This document shows positions 12,401-27,800 of a DNA stretch of 64,000 nucleotides, in pieces; the stretch's first letter is position 1; the number at the start of each line of letters is the position of its first letter. Under the pieces are notes generated by a model, which saw only the letters and a list, made by a program, of their open reading frames with translations, was not told the DNA's origin and made no database searches. The position numbers and the translations under genes are program-made. Location: NCBI GenBank assembly GCA_964057225.1, contig OZ059900.1, positions 1,488,001-1,552,000 of the forward strand. The letters are read 5' to 3'. The stretch is from Auanema rhodensis (taxonomy: Eukaryota > Animalia > Nematoda).

Positions 12401-14721
12401 AAGTCTTCAAATATACACTAATAATGATTAAATCACTGAATTTCACTCAAATAGCATTACTACACTAAGTATGGTCGTTTTTATGCCTTTAACACCATAT
12501 ACTCACCGATTTTTGGTACAAAATCTGTGATACTCGTAAATTTTGATCATATTCGGTGATATTCGAGAATCAAACACACAATACACGAAATAAGTTTATT
12601 TTTACGAGTTTGCACTGATATTTATTCATTTTGATCAAAAAAGGTCGAAAATAGAAAGAATTTTTGAAATTTCCGAGTTTTGAGTCTAATTTGGCTAAAT
12701 CGCTCATATACATGATCAGAAGCATAGTTTTATTGTCTATGACAACAAAAGTCATCAATTAAACGCTAGTGATGTTTAAATACTGATTTTCGCTCAAATA
12801 GCATTACTACACTAAGTATGGTCGTTTTTATGCCTTTAACACCATATACTCACCGATTTTTGGTACAAAATCTGTAATACTCGTAAATTTTGATCATATT
12901 CGTTAAGATTTAAGAATCAAACATACAATACACAAAATCAGTCTATTTTTATAAGCTTGCACTGATATATATTCATTTTGATCAAAAAAGGTCGAAAATA
13001 GAAAGAATTTTTGAAATTTCCGAGTTTTGAGTCTAATTTGGCTAAATCGCTCATATACATGATCAGAAGCATAGTTTCATTGTCTATGACAACAAAAGTC
13101 ATCAATTAAACGCTAGTGATGTTTAAATACTGATTTTCGCTCAAATAGCATTACTACACTAAGTATGGTCGTTTTTATGCCTTTAACACCATATACTCAC
13201 CGATTTTTGGTACAAAATCTGTAATACTCGTAAATTTTGATCATATTCGTTAATATTTAAGAATCAAACATACAATACACGAAATAAGTTTATTTTTACG
13301 AGTTTGCACTGATATTTATTCATTTTGATCAAAAAAGGTCGAAAATAGAAAGAATTTTTGAAATTTCCGAGTTTTGAGTCTAATTTGGCTAAATCGCTCA
13401 TATATATGATCAGAAGCATAGTTTTATTGTCTATGATAACAAAAGTCTTCAAATATACACTAATAATGATTTAATCACTGAATTTCACTCAAATAGCATT
13501 ACTACACTAAGTATGGTCGTTTTTATGGCTTTAACACCATATACTCACCGATTTTTGGTACAAAATCTGTAATACTCGTAAATTTTGATCATATTCGTTA
13601 AGATTTGAAAATCAAACACACAATAAACAAAATCAGTCTATTTTTATGAGTTTGCACTGATATATATTCATTTTGATCAAAAAAGGTCGAAAATAGAAAG
13701 AATTTTTGAATTTTCCGAGTTTTGAGTCCAATTGGGCTAAATCGCTCATATATATGATCAAAAGCATAGTTTTACTGTCTATGATAACAAAAGTCTTCAA
13801 ATATACACTAATAATGATTTAATCACTGAATTTCACTCAAATAGCATTACTACACTAAGTATGGTCGTTTTTATGCCTTTAACACCATATACTCACCGAT
13901 TTTTGGTACAAAATCTGTGATACTCGTAAATTTTGATCATATCCGGTGAGATTCGAGGATCGAACACACAATACACGAAATAAGTTTATTTTTACGAGTT
14001 TGCACTGATATTTATTCATTTTTATCAAAAAAGGTCGAAAATAGAAAGAATTTTTGAAATTTCCGAGTTTTGAGTCTAATTTGGCTAAATCGCTCATATA
14101 CATGATCAGAAGCATAGTTTTATTGTCTATGACAACAAAAGTCATCAATTAAACGCTAGTGATGTTTAAATCACTGAATTTCACTCAAATAGCATTACTA
14201 CACTAAGTATGGTCGTTTTTATGCCTTTAACACCATATACTCACCGATTTTTGGTACAAAATCTGTAATACTCGTAAATTTTGATCATATTCGTTAAGAT
14301 TTGAAAATCAAACACACAATAAACAAAATCAGTCTATTTTTATGAGTTTGCACTGATATATATTCATTTTGATCAAAAAAGGTCGAAAATAGAAAGAATT
14401 TTTGAATTTTCCGAGTTTTGAGTCTAATTTGGCTAAATCGCTCATATACATGATCAGAAGCATAGTTTTATTGTCTATGACAACAAAAGTCTTCAAATAT
14501 ACACTAATAATGATTTAATCACTGAATTTCACTCAAATAGCATTACTACACTAAGTATGGTCGTTTTTATGCCTTTAACACCATATACTCACCGATTTTT
14601 GGTACAAAATCTGTGATACTCGTAAATTTTGATCATATCCGGTGAGATTCGAGGATCGAACACACAATACACGAAATAAGTTTATTTTTACGAGTTTGCA
14701 CTGATATTTATTCATTTTTAT

Positions 14722-17700
14722 CAAAAAAGGTCGAAAATAGAAAGAATTTTTGAAATTTCCGAGTTTTGAGTCTAATTTGGCTAAATCGCTCATATACATG
14801 ATCAGAAGCATAGTTTTATTGTCTATGACAACAAAAGTCATCAATTAAACGCTAGTGATGTTTAAATACTGATTTTCGCTCAAATAGCATTACTACACTA
14901 AGTATGGTCGTTTTTATGCCTTTAACACCATATACTCACCGATTTTTGGTACAAAATCTGTAATACTCGTAAATTTTGATCATATTCGTTAAGATTTAAG
15001 AATCAAACATACAATACACAAAATCAGTCTATTTTTATAAGCTTGCACTGATATATATTCATTTTGATCAAAAAAGGTCGAAAATAGAAAGAATTTTTGA
15101 AATTTCCGAGTTTTGAGTCTAATTTGGCTAAATCGCTCATATACATGATCAGAAGCATAGTTTCATTGTCTATGACAACAAAAGTCATCAATTAAACGCT
15201 AGTGATGTTTAAATACTGATTTTCGCTCAAATAGCATTACTACACTAAGTATGGTCGTTTTTATGCCTTTAACACCATATACTCACCGATTTTTGGTACA
15301 AAATCTGTAATACTCGTAAATTTTGATCATATTCGTTAATATTTAAGAATCAAACATACAATACACAAAATAAGTTTATTTTTACGAGTTTGCACTGATA
15401 TTTATTCATTTTGATCAAAAAAGGTCGAAAATAGAAAGAATTTTTGAAATTTCCGAGTTTTGAGTCTAATTTGGCTAAATCGCTCATATATATGATCAGA
15501 AGCATAGTTTTATTGTCTATGATAACAAAAGTCTTCAAATATACACTAATAATGATTTAATCACTGAATTTCACTCAAATAGCATTACTACACTAAGTAT
15601 GGTCGTTTTTATGGCTTTAACACCATATACTCACCGATTTTTGGTACAAAATCTGTAATACTCGTAAATTTTGATCATATTCGTTAAGATTTGAAAATCA
15701 AACACACAATAAACAAAATCAGTCTATTTTTATGAGTTTGCACTGATATATATTCATTTTGATCAAAAAAGGTCGAAAATAGAAAGAATTTTTGAATTTT
15801 CCGAGTTTTGAGTCCAATTGGGCTAAATCGCTCATATATATGATCAAAAGCATAGTTTTACTGTCTATGATAACAAAAGTCTTCAAATATACACTAATAA
15901 TGATTTAATCACTGAATTTCACTCAAATAGCATTACTACACTAAGTATGGTCGTTTTTATGCCTTTAACACCATATACTCACCGATTTTTGGTACAAAAT
16001 CTGTGATACTCGTAAATTTTGATCATATCCGGTGAGATTCGAGGATCGAACACACAATACACGAAATAAGTTTATTTTTACGAGTTTGCACTGATATTTA
16101 TTCATTTTTATCAAAAAAGGTCGAAAATAGAAAGAATTTTTGAAATTTCCGAGTTTTGAGTCTAATTTGGCTAAATCGCTCATATATATGATCAAAAGCA
16201 TAGTTTTACTGTCTATGATAACAAAAGTCTTCAAATATACACTAATAATGATTAAATCACTGAATTTCACTCAAATAGCATTACTACACTAAGTATGGTC
16301 GTTTTTATGCCTTTAACACCATATACTCACCGATTTTTGGTACAAAATCTGTAATACTCGTAAATTTTGATCATATTCGTTAAGATTTGAAAATCAAACA
16401 CACAATAAACAAAATCAGTCTATTTTTATGAGTTTGCACTGATATATATTCATTTTGATCAAAAAAGGTCGAAAATAGAAAGAATTTTTGAATTTTCCGA
16501 GTTTTGAGTCCAATTGGGCTAAATCGCTCATATATATGATCAAAAGCATAGTTTTACTGTCTATGATAACAAAAGTCTTCAAATATACACTAATAATGAT
16601 TAAATCACTGAAATTCACTCAAATAGCATTACTACACTAAGTATGGTCGTTTTTATGCCTTTAACACCATATACTCACCGATTTTTGGTACAAAATCTGT
16701 GATACTCGTAAATTTTGATCATATTCGGTGAGATTCGAGAATCAAACACACAATACACGAAATAAGTTTATTTTTACGAGTTTGCACTGATATTTATTCA
16801 TTTTGATCAAAAAAGGTCGAAAATAGAAAGAATTTTTGAAATTTCCGAGTTTTGAGTCTAATTTGGCTAAATCGCTCATATACATGATCAGAAGCATAGT
16901 TTTATCGTCTATGACAACAAAAGTCATCAATTAAACGCTAGTAATGTTTAAATACTGATTTTCGCTCAAATAGCATTACTACACTAAGTATGGTCGTTTT
17001 TATGCCTTTAACACCATATACTCACCGATTTTTGGTACAAAATCTGTAATACTCGTAAATTTTGATCATATTCGTTAAGATTTGAGAATCAAACATACAA
17101 TACACAAAATCAGTCTATTTTTATGAGCTTGCACTGATATATATTCATTTTGATCAAAAAAGGTCGAAAATAGAAAGAATTTTTGAAATTTACGAGTTTT
17201 GAGTCTAATTTGGCTAAATCGCTCATATATATGATCAGAAGCAGAGTTTTATTGTCTATGACAACAAAAGTCATTAGTTAAACACTAATGATGTTTAAAT
17301 CACTAAATTTCGCTCAAATAGCATTACTACACTAAGTATGGTCGTTTTTATGCCTTTAACACCATATACTCACCGATTTTTGGTACAAAATCTGTAATAC
17401 TTGTAAATTTTGATCATATTCGTTAAGATTCGAGAATCAAACACATAATACACGAAATAAGTCTATTTTTATGAGTTTGCACTGATATTTATTCATTTTG
17501 ATCAAAAAAGGTCGAAAATAGAAAGAATTTTTGAATTTTCCGAGTTTTGAGTCCAATTGGGCTAAATCGCTCATATATATGATCAAAAGCATAGTTTTAC
17601 TGTCTATGATAACAAAAGTCTTCAAATATACACTAATAATGATTTAATCACTGAATTTCACTCAAATAGCATTACTACACTAAGTATGGTCGTTTTTATG

Positions 17701-20700
17701 CCTTTAACACCATATACTCACCGATTTTTGGTACAAAATCTGTGATACTCGTAAATTCTGATCATATTCGGTGAGATTCGAGAATCAAACACACAATACA
17801 CGAAATAAGTTTATTTTTACGAGTTTGCACTGATATTTATTCATTTTGATCAAAAAAGGTCGAAAATAGAAAGAATTTTTGAAATTTCCGAGTTTTGAGT
17901 CTAATTTGGCTAAATCGCTCATATATATGATCAAAAGCATAGTTTTACTGTCTATGATAACAAAAGTCTTCAAATATACACTAATAATGTGTAAATCACT
18001 GAATTTCACTCAAATAGCATTACTACACTAAGTATGGTCGTTTTTATGCCTTTAACACCATATACTCACCGATTTTTGGTACAAAATCTGTAATACTCGT
18101 AAACTTTGATCATATTCGTTAAGATTTGAGAATCAAACATACAATACACAAAATCAGTCTATTTTTATGAGCTTGCACTGATATATATTCATTTTGATCA
18201 AAAAAGGTCGAAAATAGAAAGAATTTTTGAAATTTACGAGTTTTGAATCTAATTTGGCTAAATCGCTCATATATATGATCAAAAGCATAGTTTTACTGTC
18301 TATGATAACAAAAGTCTTCAAATATACACTAATAATGATTAAATCACTGAATTTCACTCAAATAGCATTACTACACTAAGTATGGTCGTTTTTATGCCTT
18401 TAACACCATATACTCACCGATTTTTGGTACAAAATCTGTAATACTCGTAAACTTTGATCATATTCGTTAAGATTTGAGAATCAAACATACAATACACAAA
18501 ATCAGTCTATTTTTATGAGCTTGCACTGATATATATTCATTTTGATCAAAAAAGGTCGAAAATAGAAAGAATTTTTGAAATTTACGAGTTTTGAATCTAA
18601 TTTGGCTAAATCGCTCATATATATGATCAAAAGCATAGTTTTACTGTCTATGATAACAAAAGTCTTCAAATATACACTAATAATGATTAAATCACTGAAT
18701 TTCACTCAAATAGCATTACTACACTAAGTATGGTCGTTTTTATGCCTTTAACACCATATACTCACCGATTTTTGGTACAAAATCTGTGATACTCGTAAAT
18801 TTTGATCATATTCGGTGAGATTCGAGAATCAAACACACAATACACGAAATAAGTTTATTTTTACGAGTTTGCACTGATATTTATTCATTTTGATCAAAAA
18901 AGGTCGAAAATAGAAAGAATTTTTGAAATTTCCGAGTTTTGAGTCTAATTTGGCTAAATCGCTCATATACATGATCAGAAGCATAGTTTTATTGTCTATG
19001 ACAACAAAAGTCATCAATTAAACGCTAGTGATGTTTAAATACTGATTTTCGCTCAAATAGCATTACTACACTAAGTATGGTCGTTTTTATGCCTTTAACA
19101 CCATATACTCACCGATTTTTGGTACAAAATCTGTAATACTCGTAAATTTTGATCATATTCGTTAAGATTTAAGAATCAAACATACAATACACAAAATCAG
19201 TCTATTTTTATAAGCTTGCACTGATATATATTCATTTTGATCAAAAAAGGTCGAAAATAGAAAGAATTTTTGAAATTTCCGAGTTTTGAGTCTAATTTGG
19301 CTAAATCGCTCATATACATGATCAGAAGCATAGTTTCATTGTCTATGACAACAAAAGTCATCAATTAAACGCTAGTGATGTTTAAATACTGATTTTCGCT
19401 CAAATAGCATTACTACACTAAGTATGGTCGTTTTTATGCCTTTAACACCATATACTCACCGATTTTTGGTACAAAATCTGTAATACTCGTAAATTTTGAT
19501 CATATTCGTTAATATTTAAGAATCAAACATACAATACACGAAATAAGTTTATTTTTACGAGTTTGCACTGATATTTATTCATTTTGATCAAAAAAGGTCG
19601 AAAATAGAAAGAATTTTTGAAATTTCCGAGTTTTGAGTCTAATTTGGCTAAATCGCTCATATATATGATCAGAAGCATAGTTTTATTGTCTATGATAACA
19701 AAAGTCTTCAAATATACACTAATAATGATTTAATCACTGAATTTCACTCAAATAGCATTACTACACTAAGTATGGTCGTTTTTATGGCTTTAACACCATA
19801 TACTCACCGATTTTTGGTACAAAATCTGTAATACTCGTAAATTTTGATCATATTCGTTAAGATTTGAAAATCAAACACACAATAAACAAAATCAGTCTAT
19901 TTTTATGAGTTTGCACTGATATATATTCATTTTGATCAAAAAAGGTCGAAAATAGAAAGAATTTTTGAATTTTCCGAGTTTTGAGTCCAATTGGGCTAAA
20001 TCGCTCATATATATGATCAAAAGCATAGTTTTACTGTCTATGATAACAAAAGTCTTCAAATATACACTAATAATGATTTAATCACTGAATTTCACTCAAA
20101 TAGCATTACTACACTAAGTATGGTCGTTTTTATGCCTTTAACACCATATACTCACCGATTTTTGGTACAAAATCTGTGATACTCGTAAATTTTGATCATA
20201 TCCGGTGAGATTCGAGGATCGAACACACAATACACGAAATAAGTTTATTTTTACGAGTTTGCACTGATATTTATTCATTTTTATCAAAAAAGGTCGAAAA
20301 TAGAAAGAATTTTTGAAATTTCCGAGTTTTGAGTCTAATTTGGCTAAATCGCTCATATATATGATCAAAAGCATAGTTTTACTGTCTATGATAACAAAAG
20401 TCTTCAAATATACACTAATAATGATTAAATCACTGAATTTCACTCAAATAGCATTACTACACTAAGTATGGTCGTTTTTATGCCTTTAACACCATATACT
20501 CACCGATTTTTGGTACAAAATCTGTAATACTCGTAAATTTTGATCATATTCGTTAAGATTTGAAAATCAAACACACAATAAACAAAATCAGTCTATTTTT
20601 ATGAGTTTGCACTGATATATATTCATTTTGATCAAAAAAGGTCGAAAATAGAAAGAATTTTTGAATTTTCCGAGTTTTGAGTCCAATTGGGCTAAATCGC

Positions 20701-21816
20701 TCATATATATGATCAAAAGCATAGTTTTACTGTCTATGATAACAAAAGTCTTCAAATATACACTAATAATGATTAAATCACTGAAATTCACTCAAATAGC
20801 ATTACTACACTAAGTATGGTCGTTTTTATGCCTTTAACACCATATACTCACCGATTTTTGGTACAAAATCTGTGATACTCGTAAATTTCGATCATATTCG
20901 GTGAGATTCGAGAATCAAACACACAATACACGAAATAAGTTTATTTTTACGAGTTTGCACTGATATTTATTCATTTTGATCAAAAAAGGTCGAAAATAGA
21001 AAGAATTTTTGAAATTTCCGAGTTTTGAGTCTAATTTGGCTAAATCGCTCATATACATGATCAGAAGCATAGTTTTATCGTCTATGACAACAAAAGTCAT
21101 CAATTAAACGCTAGTAATGTTTAAATACTGATTTTCGCTCAAATAGCATTACTACACTAAGTATGGTCGTTTTTATGCCTTTAACACCATATACTCACCG
21201 ATTTTTGGTACAAAATCTGTAATACTCGTAAATTTTGATCATATTCGTTAAGATTTGAGAATCAAACATACAATACACAAAATCAGTCTATTTTTATGAG
21301 CTTGCACTGATATATATTCATTTTGATCAAAAAAGGTCGAAAATAGAAAGAATTTTTGAAATTTACGAGTTTTGAGTCTAATTTGGCTAAATCGCTCATA
21401 TATATGATCAGAAGCATAGTTTTATTGTCTATGACAACAAAAGTCATTAGTTAAACACTAATGATGTTTAAATCACTAAATTTCGCTCAAATAGCATTAC
21501 TACACTAAGTATGGTCGTTTTTATGCCTTTAACACCATATACTCACCGATTTTTGGTACAAAATCTGTAATACTTGTAAATTTTGATCATATTCGTTAAG
21601 ATTCGAGAATCAAACACATAATACACGAAATAAGTCTATTTTTATGAGTTTGCACTGATATTTATTCATTTTGATCAAAAAAGGTCGAAAATAGAAAGAA
21701 TTTTTGAATTTTCCGAGTTTTGAGTCCAATTGGGCTAAATCGCTCATATATATGATCAAAAGCATAGTTTTACTGTCTATGATAACAAAAGTCTTCAAAT
21801 ATACACTAATAATGAT
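14722..21816. repeat. 12-monomer higher-order repeat (4173-bp period), ~1.7 copies
   Basis: ORF pairs at +4173: 15350/19523, 15965/20138, 16415/20588, 16742/20915, 17437/21610. The variant ataagctt occurs at ~15037 and ~19210. Confidence 0.88.
18088..18780. repeat. Single-monomer tandem duplication
   Basis: The private variant gtaaactttgatc occurs only at ~18099 and ~18447 (+348). The 67-aa ORFs at 18154 and 18502 are identical. Confidence 0.9.
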
Positions 21817-24800
21817 TAAATCACTGAATTTCACTCAAATAGCATTACTACACTAAGTATGGTCGTTTTTATGCCTTTAACACCATATACTCACCGATTT
21901 TTGGTACAAAATCTGTGATACTCGTAAATTTTGATCATATTCGTTAAGATTTGAGAATCAAACATACAATACACAAAATCAGTCTATTTTTATGAGCTTG
22001 CACTGATATATATTCATTTTGATCAAAAAAGGTCGAAAATAGAAAGAATTTTTGAAATTTACGAGTTTTGAGTCTAATTTGGCTAAATCGCTCATATATA
22101 TGATCAGAAGCATAGTTTTATTGTCTATGACAACAAAAGTCATTAACTAAACACTAATGATGTTTAAATCACTAAATTTCGCTCAAATAGCATTACTACA
22201 CTAAGTATGGTCGTTTTTATGCCTTTAACACCATATACTCACCGATTTTTGGTACAAAATCTGTAATACTTGTAAATTTTGATCATATTCGTTAAGATTC
22301 GAGAATCAAACACATAATACACGAAATAAGTCTATTTTTATGAGTTTGCACTGATATTTATTCATTTTGATCAAAAAAGGTCGAAAATAGAAAGAATTTT
22401 TGAATTTTCCGAGTTTTGAGTCCAATTGGGCTAAATCGCTCATATATATGATCAAAAGCATAGTTTTATTGTCTATGACAACAAAAGTCATCAACTAAAC
22501 GCTAATAATGTGTAAATCACTGAATTTCACTCAAATAGCTTTACTACACTAAGTATGGTCGTTTTTATGCCTTTAACACCATATACTCACCGATTTTTGG
22601 TACAAAATCTGTAATACTCGTAAATTTTGATCATATTCGTTAAGATTTGAGAATCAAACATACAATACACAAAATCAGTCTATTTTTATGAGCTTGCACT
22701 GATATATATTCATTTTGAACAAAAAAGGTCGAAAATAGAAAGAATTTTTGAAATTTCCGAGTTTTGAGTCTAATTTGGCTAAATCGCTCATATATATGAT
22801 CAGAAGCATAGTTTTATTGTCAATGACAACAAAAATCATCAATTAAACGCTAGTGATGTTTAAATACTGATTTTCGCTCAAATAGCATTACTACACTAAG
22901 TATGGTCGTTTTTATGCCTTTAACACCATATACTCACCGATTTTTGGTACAAAATCTGTAATACTTGTAAATTTTGATCATATTCGTTAAGATTCGAGAA
23001 TCAAACACATAATACACGAAATAAGTCTATTTTTACAAGTTTGCACTGATATTTATTCATTTTGATCAAAAAAGATCGAAAATAGAAAGAATTTTTGAAA
23101 TTTCCGAGTTTTGAGTCCAATTTGGCTAAATCGCTCATATATATGATCAAAAGCATAGTTTTATTGTCTATAACAACAAAAGTCATCAATTAAACGCTAG
23201 TGATGTTTTAATACTGAATTTCGCTCAAATAGCATTACTACACTAAGTATGGTCGTTTTTATGCCTTTAACACCATATACTCACCGATTTTTGGTACAAA
23301 ATCTGTGATACTCGTAAATTTTGATCATATTCGGTGAGATTCGAGAATCAAACACACAATACACGAAATAAGTTTATTTTGACGAGTTTGCACTGATATT
23401 TATTCATTTTGATCAAAAAAGGTCGAAAATAGAAAGATTTTTTGAAATTTCCGAGTTTTGAGTCTAATTTGGCTAAATCGCTCATATATATGATCAAAAG
23501 CATAGTTTTATTGTCTATGACAAGAAAAGTCATCAATTAAACGCTAGTGATGTTTAAATACTGAATTTCGCTCAAATAGCATTACTACACTAAGTATGGT
23601 CGTTTTTATGCCTTTAACACCATATACTCACCGATTTTTGGTACAAAATCTGTAATACTCGTAAATTTTGATCATATTCGTTAAGATTCAAAAATCAAAC
23701 ACACAATACACAAAATCAGTCTATTTTTATGAGCTTGCACTGATATATATTCATTTTGATCAAAAAAGGTCGAAAATAGAAAGAATTTTTGAATTTTCCG
23801 AGTTTTGAGTCTAATTGGGCTAAATCGCTCATATATATGATCAAAAGCATAGTTTTATTGTCTATGATAACAAAAGTCATTAATTATACACTAATAATGA
23901 TTAAATCACTGAATTTCACTCAAATAGCATTACTACACTAAGTATGGTCGTTTTTATGCCTTTAACACCATATACTCACCGATTTTTGGTACAAAATCTG
24001 TGATACTCGTAAATTTTGATCATATTCGGTGAGATTCGAGAATCAAACACACAATACACGAAATAAGTTTATTTTTACGAGTTTGCACTGATATTTATTC
24101 ATTTTGATCAAAAAAGGTCGAAAATAGAAAGAATTTTTGAAATTTCCGAGTTTTGAGTCTAATTTGGCTAAATCGCTCATATATATGATCAAAAGCATAG
24201 TTTTATTGTCTATGACAACAAAAGTCATCAATTAAACGCTAGTGATGTTTAAATACTGAATTTCGCTCAAATAGCATTACTACACTAAGTATGGTCGTTT
24301 TTATGCCTTTAACACCATATACTCACCGATTTTTGGTACAAAATCTGTAATACTCGTAAATTTTGATCATATTCGTTAAGATTTGAGGATCAAACATACA
24401 ATACACAAAATCAGTCTATTTTTATGAGCTTGCACTGATATATATTCATTTTGATCAAAAAAGGTCGAAAATAGAAAGAATTTTTGAAATTTACGAGTTT
24501 TGAGTCTAATTTGGCTAAATCGCTCATATATATGATCAGAAGCATAGTTTTATTGTCTATGACAACAAAAGTCATTAATTAAACACTAATAATGATTAAA
24601 TCACTGAATTTCACTCAAATAGCATTACTACACTAAGTATGGTCGTTTTTATGCCTTTAACACCATATACTCACCGATTTTTGGTACAAAATCTGTGATA
24701 CTCGTAAATTTTGATCATATTCGGTGAGATTCGAGAATCAAACACACAATACACGAAATAAGTTTATTTTTACGAGTTTGCACTGATATTTATTCATTTT

Positions 24801-27800
24801 GATCAAAAAAGGTCGAAAATAGAAAGAATTTTTGAAATTTCCGAGTTTTGAGTCTAATTTGGCTAAATCGCTCATATACATGATCAGAAGCATAGTTTTA
24901 TTGTCTATGACAACAAAAGTCATCAATTAAACGCTAGTAATGTTTAAATACTGATTTTCGCTCAAATAGCATTACTACACTAAGTATGGTCGTTTTTATG
25001 CCTTTAACACCATATACTCACCGATTTTTGGTACAAAATCTGTAATACTCGTAAATTTTGATCATATTCGTTAAGATTTGAGAATCAAACATACAATACA
25101 CAAAGTCAGTCTATTTTTATGAGCTTGCACTGATATATATTCATTTTGATCAAAAAAGGTCGAAAATAGAAAGAATTTTTGAAATTTACGAGTTTTGAGT
25201 CTAATTTGGCTAAATCGCTCATATATATGATCAGAAGCATAGTTTTATTGTCTATGACAACAAAAGTCATTAGTTAAACAATAATGATGTTTAAATCACT
25301 AAATTTCGCTCAAATAGCATTACTACACTAAGTATGGTCGTTTTTATGCCTTTAACACCATATACTCACCGATTTTTGGTACAAAATCTGTAATACTTGT
25401 AAATTTTGATCATATTCGTTAAGATTCGAGAATCAAACACATAATACACGAAATAAGTCTATTTTTATGAGTTTGCACTGATATTTATTCATTTTGATCA
25501 AAAAAGGTCGAAAATAGAAAGAATTTTTGAATTTTCCGAGTTTTGAGTCCAATTGGGCTAAATCGCTCATATATATGATCAAAAGCATAGTTTTACTGTC
25601 TATGATAACAAAAGTCTTCAAATATACACTAATAATGATTTAATCACTGAATTTCACTCAAATAGCATTACTACACTAAGTATGGTCGTTTTTATGCCTT
25701 TAACACCATATACTCACCGATTTTTGGTACAAAATCTGTGATACTCGTAAATTCTGATCATATTCGGTGAGATTCGAGAATCAAACACACAATACACGAA
25801 ATAAGTTTATTTTTACGAGTTTGCACTGATATTTATTCATTTTGATCAATAAAGGTCGAAAATAGAAAGAATTTTTGAAATTTCCGAGTTTTGAGTCTAA
25901 TTTGGCTAAATCGCTCATATATATGATCAAAAGCATAGTTTTACTGTCTATGATAACAAAAGTCTTCAAATATACACTAATAATGTGTAAATCACTGAAT
26001 TTCACTCAAATAGCATTACTACACTAAGTATGGTCGTTTTTATGCCTTTAACACCATATACTCACCGATTTTTGGTACAAAATCTGTAATACTCGTAAAT
26101 TTTGATCATATTCGTTAAGATTTGAGAATCAAACATACAATACACAAAATCAGTCTATTTTTATGAGCTTGCACTGATATATATTCATTTTGATCAAAAA
26201 AGGTCGAAAATAGAAAGAATTTTTGAAATTTACGAGTTTTGAATCTAATTTGGCTAAATCGCTCATATATATGATCAAAAGCATAGTTTTACTGTCTATG
26301 ATAACAAAAGTCTTCAAATATACACTAATAATGATTAAATCACTGAATTTCACTCAAATAGCATTACTACACTAAGTATGGTCGTTTTTATGCCTTTAAC
26401 ACCATATACTCACCGATTTTTGGTACAAAATCTGTGATACTCGTAAATTTTGATCATATTCGGTGAGATTCGAGAATCAAACACACAATACACGAAATAA
26501 GTTTATTTTTACGAGTTTGCACTGATATTTATTCATTTTGATCAAAAAAGGTCGAAAATAGAAAGAATTTTTGAAATTTCCGAGTTTTGAGTCTAATTTG
26601 GCTAAATCGCTCATATACATGATCAGAAGCATAGTTTTATTGTCTATGACAACAAAAGTCATCAATTAAACGCTAGTGATGTTTAAATACTGATTTTCGC
26701 TCAAATAGCATTACTACACTAAGTATGGTCGTTTTTATGCCTTTAACACCATATACTCACCGATTTTTGGTACAAAATCTGTAATACTCGTAAATTTTGA
26801 TCATATTCGTTAATATTTAAGAATCAAACATACAATACACGAAATAAGTTTATTTTTACGAGTTTGCACTGATATTTATTCATTTTGATCAAAAAAGGTC
26901 GAAAATAGAAAGAATTTTTGAAATTTCCGAGTTTTGAGTCTAATTTGGCTAAATCGCTCATATATATGATCAGAAGCATAGTTTTATTGTCTATGATAAC
27001 AAAAGTCTTCAAATATACACTAATAATGATTTAATCACTGAATTTCACTCAAATAGCATTACTACACTAAGTATGGTCGTTTTTATGGCTTTAACACCAT
27101 ATACTCACCGATTTTTGGTACAAAATCTGTAATACTCGTAAATTTTGATCATATTCGTTAAGATTTGAAAATCAAACACACAATAAACAAAATCAGTCTA
27201 TTTTTATGAGTTTGCACTGATATATATTCATTTTGATCAAAAAAGGTCGAAAATAGAAAGAATTTTTGAATTTTCCGAGTTTTGAGTCCAATTGGGCTAA
27301 ATCGCTCATATATATGATCAAAAGCATAGTTTTACTGTCTATGATAACAAAAGTCTTCAAATATACACTAATAATGATTTAATCACTGAATTTCACTCAA
27401 ATAGCATTACTACACTAAGTATGGTCGTTTTTATGCCTTTAACACCATATACTCACCGATTTTTGGTACAAAATCTGTGATACTCGTAAATTTTGATCAT
27501 ATCCGGTGAGATTCGAGGATCGAACACACAATACACGAAATAAGTTTATTTTTACGAGTTTGCACTGATATTTATTCATTTTTATCAAAAAAGGTCGAAA
27601 ATAGAAAGAATTTTTGAAATTTCCGAGTTTTGAGTCTAATTTGGCTAAATCGCTCATATACATGATCAGAAGCATAGTTTTATTGTCTATGACAACAAAA
27701 GTCATCAATTAAACGCTAGTGATGTTTAAATACTGATTTTCGCTCAAATAGCATTACTACACTAAGTATGGTCGTTTTTATGCCTTTAACACCATATACT